DNA of 64,000 bases, from NCBI RefSeq assembly GCF_963921235.1, contig NC_086097.1, positions 22,384,001-22,448,000 on the forward strand. Reading direction: 5' to 3'. The notes under the pieces are model-generated. The model searched no databases, was not told the origin of the DNA, and saw only the letters and a program-made list of their open reading frames with translations. Both the position numbers and the translations under genes were made by a program. Each line of letters begins with the position of its first letter. Position 1 is the stretch's first letter. Source of the DNA: Mobula hypostoma (lineage: Eukaryota). This document shows, piece after piece, positions 60,160 to 64,000 of this stretch.

Positions 60160-63100
60160 ACCCGCCCCCCCCCCATGTCACGATTTCAGTCGAATGCAAA
60201 CTCCTGAATTACTCTATCGCCATCGGTTCCATTGCGGACGCTCGCTGTCTGTCTCGGTCCTTACAGTCGAAATTAAAAAGGCCGTTTCCTTTTTAAATGG
60301 TGCGGTTGGTGGTGTGAAGGGCGGGGTTTCGGGGCTGTTCCTCTTGAGGTTGGCTCGCCTGATGAGAGGTTTTGCCATTAACCGGAGTACCAGAGAAAGG
60401 GGAGAGAGACAGACAGACGGAGCGCCGTGACGTGCGGAATCCGCAGCAGAAATAGGGATGATTATATTTTTAAGCTGAACTGTTCAGCATCTCTGGTGGC
60501 TGGGGATCAAAGCTACCTACATACCGGTGCATCCATCGCTGCAGCCCTCTTGGGACTCTAATCTCACTGCCGAAAGGATTTAAGCTAAGGGGATCGTATT
60601 GGATTTGTTTGTGTGTGTGTTCGGGACAAGACTTGCAAGGTAGGATTTCTTACGTTTGGCAACGGAAGAAATACTCCTTCACGTGTCTCTTTATGTTTGT
60701 GTTGTCTGATATCTTATAATTCAGAGGCACTGTAAATCAACGCCGGCTTTGACTTACATTGCATGCAGAGTGAATAAGGATGGACGACGCCTAATGGGTC
60801 ATCGAGGAGAGAGGACAGCCCGGCCGTAAAAGTTGTGATATCTACATCTATGTTCGGTTTCCCAAACGTGGTGCATGTTATTGTCAAATGAAAGCAAACA
60901 AGGCTGCGGGTGCTGGAAATTTGAAATTAAAACGGGGGATGCTGGAAGTGAGGAACGTTTGTGGAGAGAGAGAGAGAGAGACGACAGAGTTAGATGTTTC
61001 AGGTCAATGAACTTCCGTCTTATACATTCGTCGGCACGGGCTGTTTGTTAGCATGGAGGAGAGAGTCTTTTGGAAATATAGTGGACAGGGTGTCGGAAAC
61101 CCCATGCTCCCTGTCCACGGGCTCAACTGCTCCTCGCACGGGAGGGTGAAGGGGATGTGGAGACGAGCAAGTGTTTGCAATGAAGTCCGGTGACTTTGAC
61201 ATTTTCAAAATTAAAAGGCAGAGTTTGCAGCTTCTTGTAATGTGTTTTTTAAAATAACGATTATGTGGGTGAAATAAGGCGAAGCGCGATTTAAGAGGCA
61301 TTATTTGACTGAAATAGTGTTGAGGGTGAACCGTCTCTCGCCTCCCCCCCCCCCATCCTCAAACGCGTACTCAATCCTCTCGATTTTTCGCTGTTGGCGC
61401 TGAGGCGTCTTTGCTACCTTAGCGGCTCCAGCCCAAAGATCCGAACTGGCTGAAATCGCGCCTTCATTAGTGATAAACCTCCCTCATATCGATCAGAACC
61501 GCGAGTCGTACAAAAGCGTGTTGAAGGAGGGGTTGGAAACCGCTTTAGTTAGCCCTTTAAAGATGTGAACATTGGCAGGAGGGTAGGATTTTATGTCCGG
61601 GGGAAGAATGGATGAGCTGTAGTGATTTTCCTTCGAGCAGAGGTGGCTGGGAGTTTAGTGTACCGAAATGCGGGAAATTAAGAGAAGACTAAATGAGGGG
61701 GGGGGGGCTATTTCTCTTGGCAGTAATGGGCGTATGTATATGTGAGTGGGGTGGGGTGCAATAGAGCAGGTTTAAAGTATTTGGCATAAGTGTTGGTGTC
61801 ATTTTCTAATCAGGCGGTTGAGTATGGGGGGGGGGAGGTCTGCATCTCATAGTCTGGAACAAGAGCAGCGGCAGAAAACTACATCACATTGAAGAAAGTA
61901 CTTGCTTGAGCACCTGATTTGCGATCACCGACCACGAGCTAAGAATTAGGGCTAATAGCTATTTTCTGCTGTTGGCCTCATCGCGACGGGCCAAATAGTC
62001 TCTTTGTCGGTTTCTTTGTTGGCTATCGCTGGGACTGTAAAGACCCAGAATATGCTGTCGATTTTTATTTTAGGTATAGTGTTCAACGACATATAGTGTT
62101 CAAAATCAATTCTGATGGAGGACTCGATCAGTTTTTGTTTGCACACTCGAAAGTTACAGTTGTTGCTGCAAGGTTGGTACTTGCAGCTCACCGCAACTGT
62201 AATATGCTCTTCATCCCTTATTGTTACTTTTCAATTGCTTGCAAACTTGGGTACTGTAGGGTAAATATGCATTTATGGCTCATTCTCAATCACACACTCG
62301 AATGGTACTTTTTCAATGACCGGCGACTTCTAAAACGCTGTTAAATTAGAACGTACTTGAAATATGTTCAGTATAAGCACGTGTGTGCGAACATTGCGGT
62401 AAGTCGCCCCGATATGAATACTGTACATAAAACTCCAGGTGAAATGCACAGCGTTGGAGAGTTCTGTTTCCATGAATAGTCTTCTTGCCCTCTTCTGCAA
62501 TTTTTTAAAATTATATTTCAACACCACAATTATGCGGAGTCTATGGAAACATAAAAAAAAGATAAGCACCAGCCTCAGGCGAGACACTTTGCGCATTCTC
62601 TCGGCGCAAGGAGCTGTTAACATCTTTAAATGGTCTCCTGCTCCTCTGGGATCTCACCCATTCCGAGGTCCACGCATGCTACGTCTGCTGTGACCACCAA
62701 CCCCGGTGCGACCGAATTTATTCAATACATCCTTGAACAATGGCAATGCAAGCTGGAGCTAATTTGTAAGCTTTAAAAGAATATTTAGTAAATGTATTTA
62801 TAGGAACGATATTGCAGCGCCCTGAGAACGGGGAAACAATGGGAACAGTTATTTGCCCTTGCAAATGTTGTGAGTTTATTACCTGAGTGCATTCTACTTT
62901 TCTGACCCAAGGTTGCTGAAAGGTGGATTTTTAGAATATGGTAAGCAGAAATAGGCATTCCGACTAGACGACAAACTACGAGAATATACGGCTTGTAGTC
63001 TTCAATTGCGAATCTGTGTATTGGCCATGTTCAGTCAAGTGCTCTCGTACCATCTGGAGAGGTTTAAATTCTCCGTATTTATCTTTTTCGTCGTTTTAAA

Positions 63101-64000
63101 TCAGATTGTTTTGCAAATGCCGATTATTAATCGGGGAGGGGAGGAACACGTGGACCGGTTTACCATTGAAATAAATCCAGATTTTAGCGAATATTTGACC
63201 AGTCTTGGCCGGCATGTTACTTCAGCATCGCATTATATGAAAATATTGCGCCTATCTTTTCACTGAGGGGGACATTTCACAATTCGCCCGGTGTTTTATT
63301 TAATGCAACACAACTAACAGAACCCGTTTCCAGAAGATTCGTCAAATCGTTGAAGCATAACTTTTTTTAAAGTGACATAAGTATAAAAGGGGGTTATGCG
63401 CTCAGATACTGGTGAGCTAAATATAAAATATGGTTATTTAACATAAAACATTTTCAGCAAATGTTCGTTTCCACCAGCGAAATATGGACAGTTGTTGATC
63501 TAATTTGATACGCATTTCTCGAATTGCACAAACATTACCAAATGAAGGCGATTGCATTTCAAGAAAAAGAGATGGAGAAAAGCCATCGCCGATTTCCCTC
63601 TAACTACGGGGGGGGAAGGGGAATATCAGGTCAGTCAGTGAGCAATCCCACGTCTTTTCAGACACCTTTTCGCTATTTGAGTGGGTCGAGAAATGTATTT
63701 CTCTGTGAAATACAATAAACGCATACAGTGATTAAGAGAAGTTGGGGGTAGAGGGATGGGTTGGGGTGGCGGGGGTGAAGAAGTTCATTTTTGATCTTAC
63801 CGGAGTGCACTTGCACATTCGTCCTTTGCAAATTGTTAGTCAATAATATTATCGGTGTGCTAATGTGAGGTGCGCATATCTAGTCTGAACACTCGCTATC
63901 GCTGTGTCAGTTCGGAGTTCGAGCGTCAGGCCGAAGAACATAACAACTGGGGTTTAATGTCCCGAGTATAGGAGCTTTAAAGGTGTTTTTTTTTCGTTTA
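60160..64000. promoter_or_regulatory. CpG-retaining, largely non-repetitive region; candidate promoter/CpG island
   Basis: CG dinucleotides are visibly frequent even in AT-rich stretches, unlike upstream non-TE DNA. GGGCGGGG at 60319-60326 and CRE-like GTGACGTG at 60427-60434. Confidence 0.55.
60400..60639 (+). other. Candidate non-coding first exon (5' boundary uncertain)
   Basis: Follows the GC box and CRE-like motif and ends at a donor-like AAG|GTAGGA (GT at 60640-60641). No recognisable ORF. Confidence 0.35.

Overview
Eukaryotic, repeat-dominated and apparently intergenic DNA. The mix of abundant CR1 LINEs, Penelope-like elements, V-SINEs, Rex1/Babar, L2, Tc1 and Tigger points to a cartilaginous fish, probably a ray (inference). 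I found no intact host protein-coding gene, and most ORF-track entries are transposon fragments or their antisense shadows. Main points: (1) a decayed Gypsy LTR retrotransposon (554-4403, minus) whose RT/RNaseH/integrase core is replaced by a co-oriented, intron-less piece of the splicing-factor gene RBM25, which looks like LTR-mediated gene capture; (2) many Penelope-like element (PLE) ends carrying a minimal type I hammerhead ribozyme motif, four of them as inverted insertions with 13-14 bp target-site duplications; (3) an R4/Dong-type fragment sitting in a (TAA)n tract; (4) a Tigger-like element with a long internal palindrome; (5) a CpG-retaining segment from about 60.2 kb that looks like a promoter with a non-coding first exon. 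Element boundaries were read by eye and are approximate unless a TSD or TIR is quoted.
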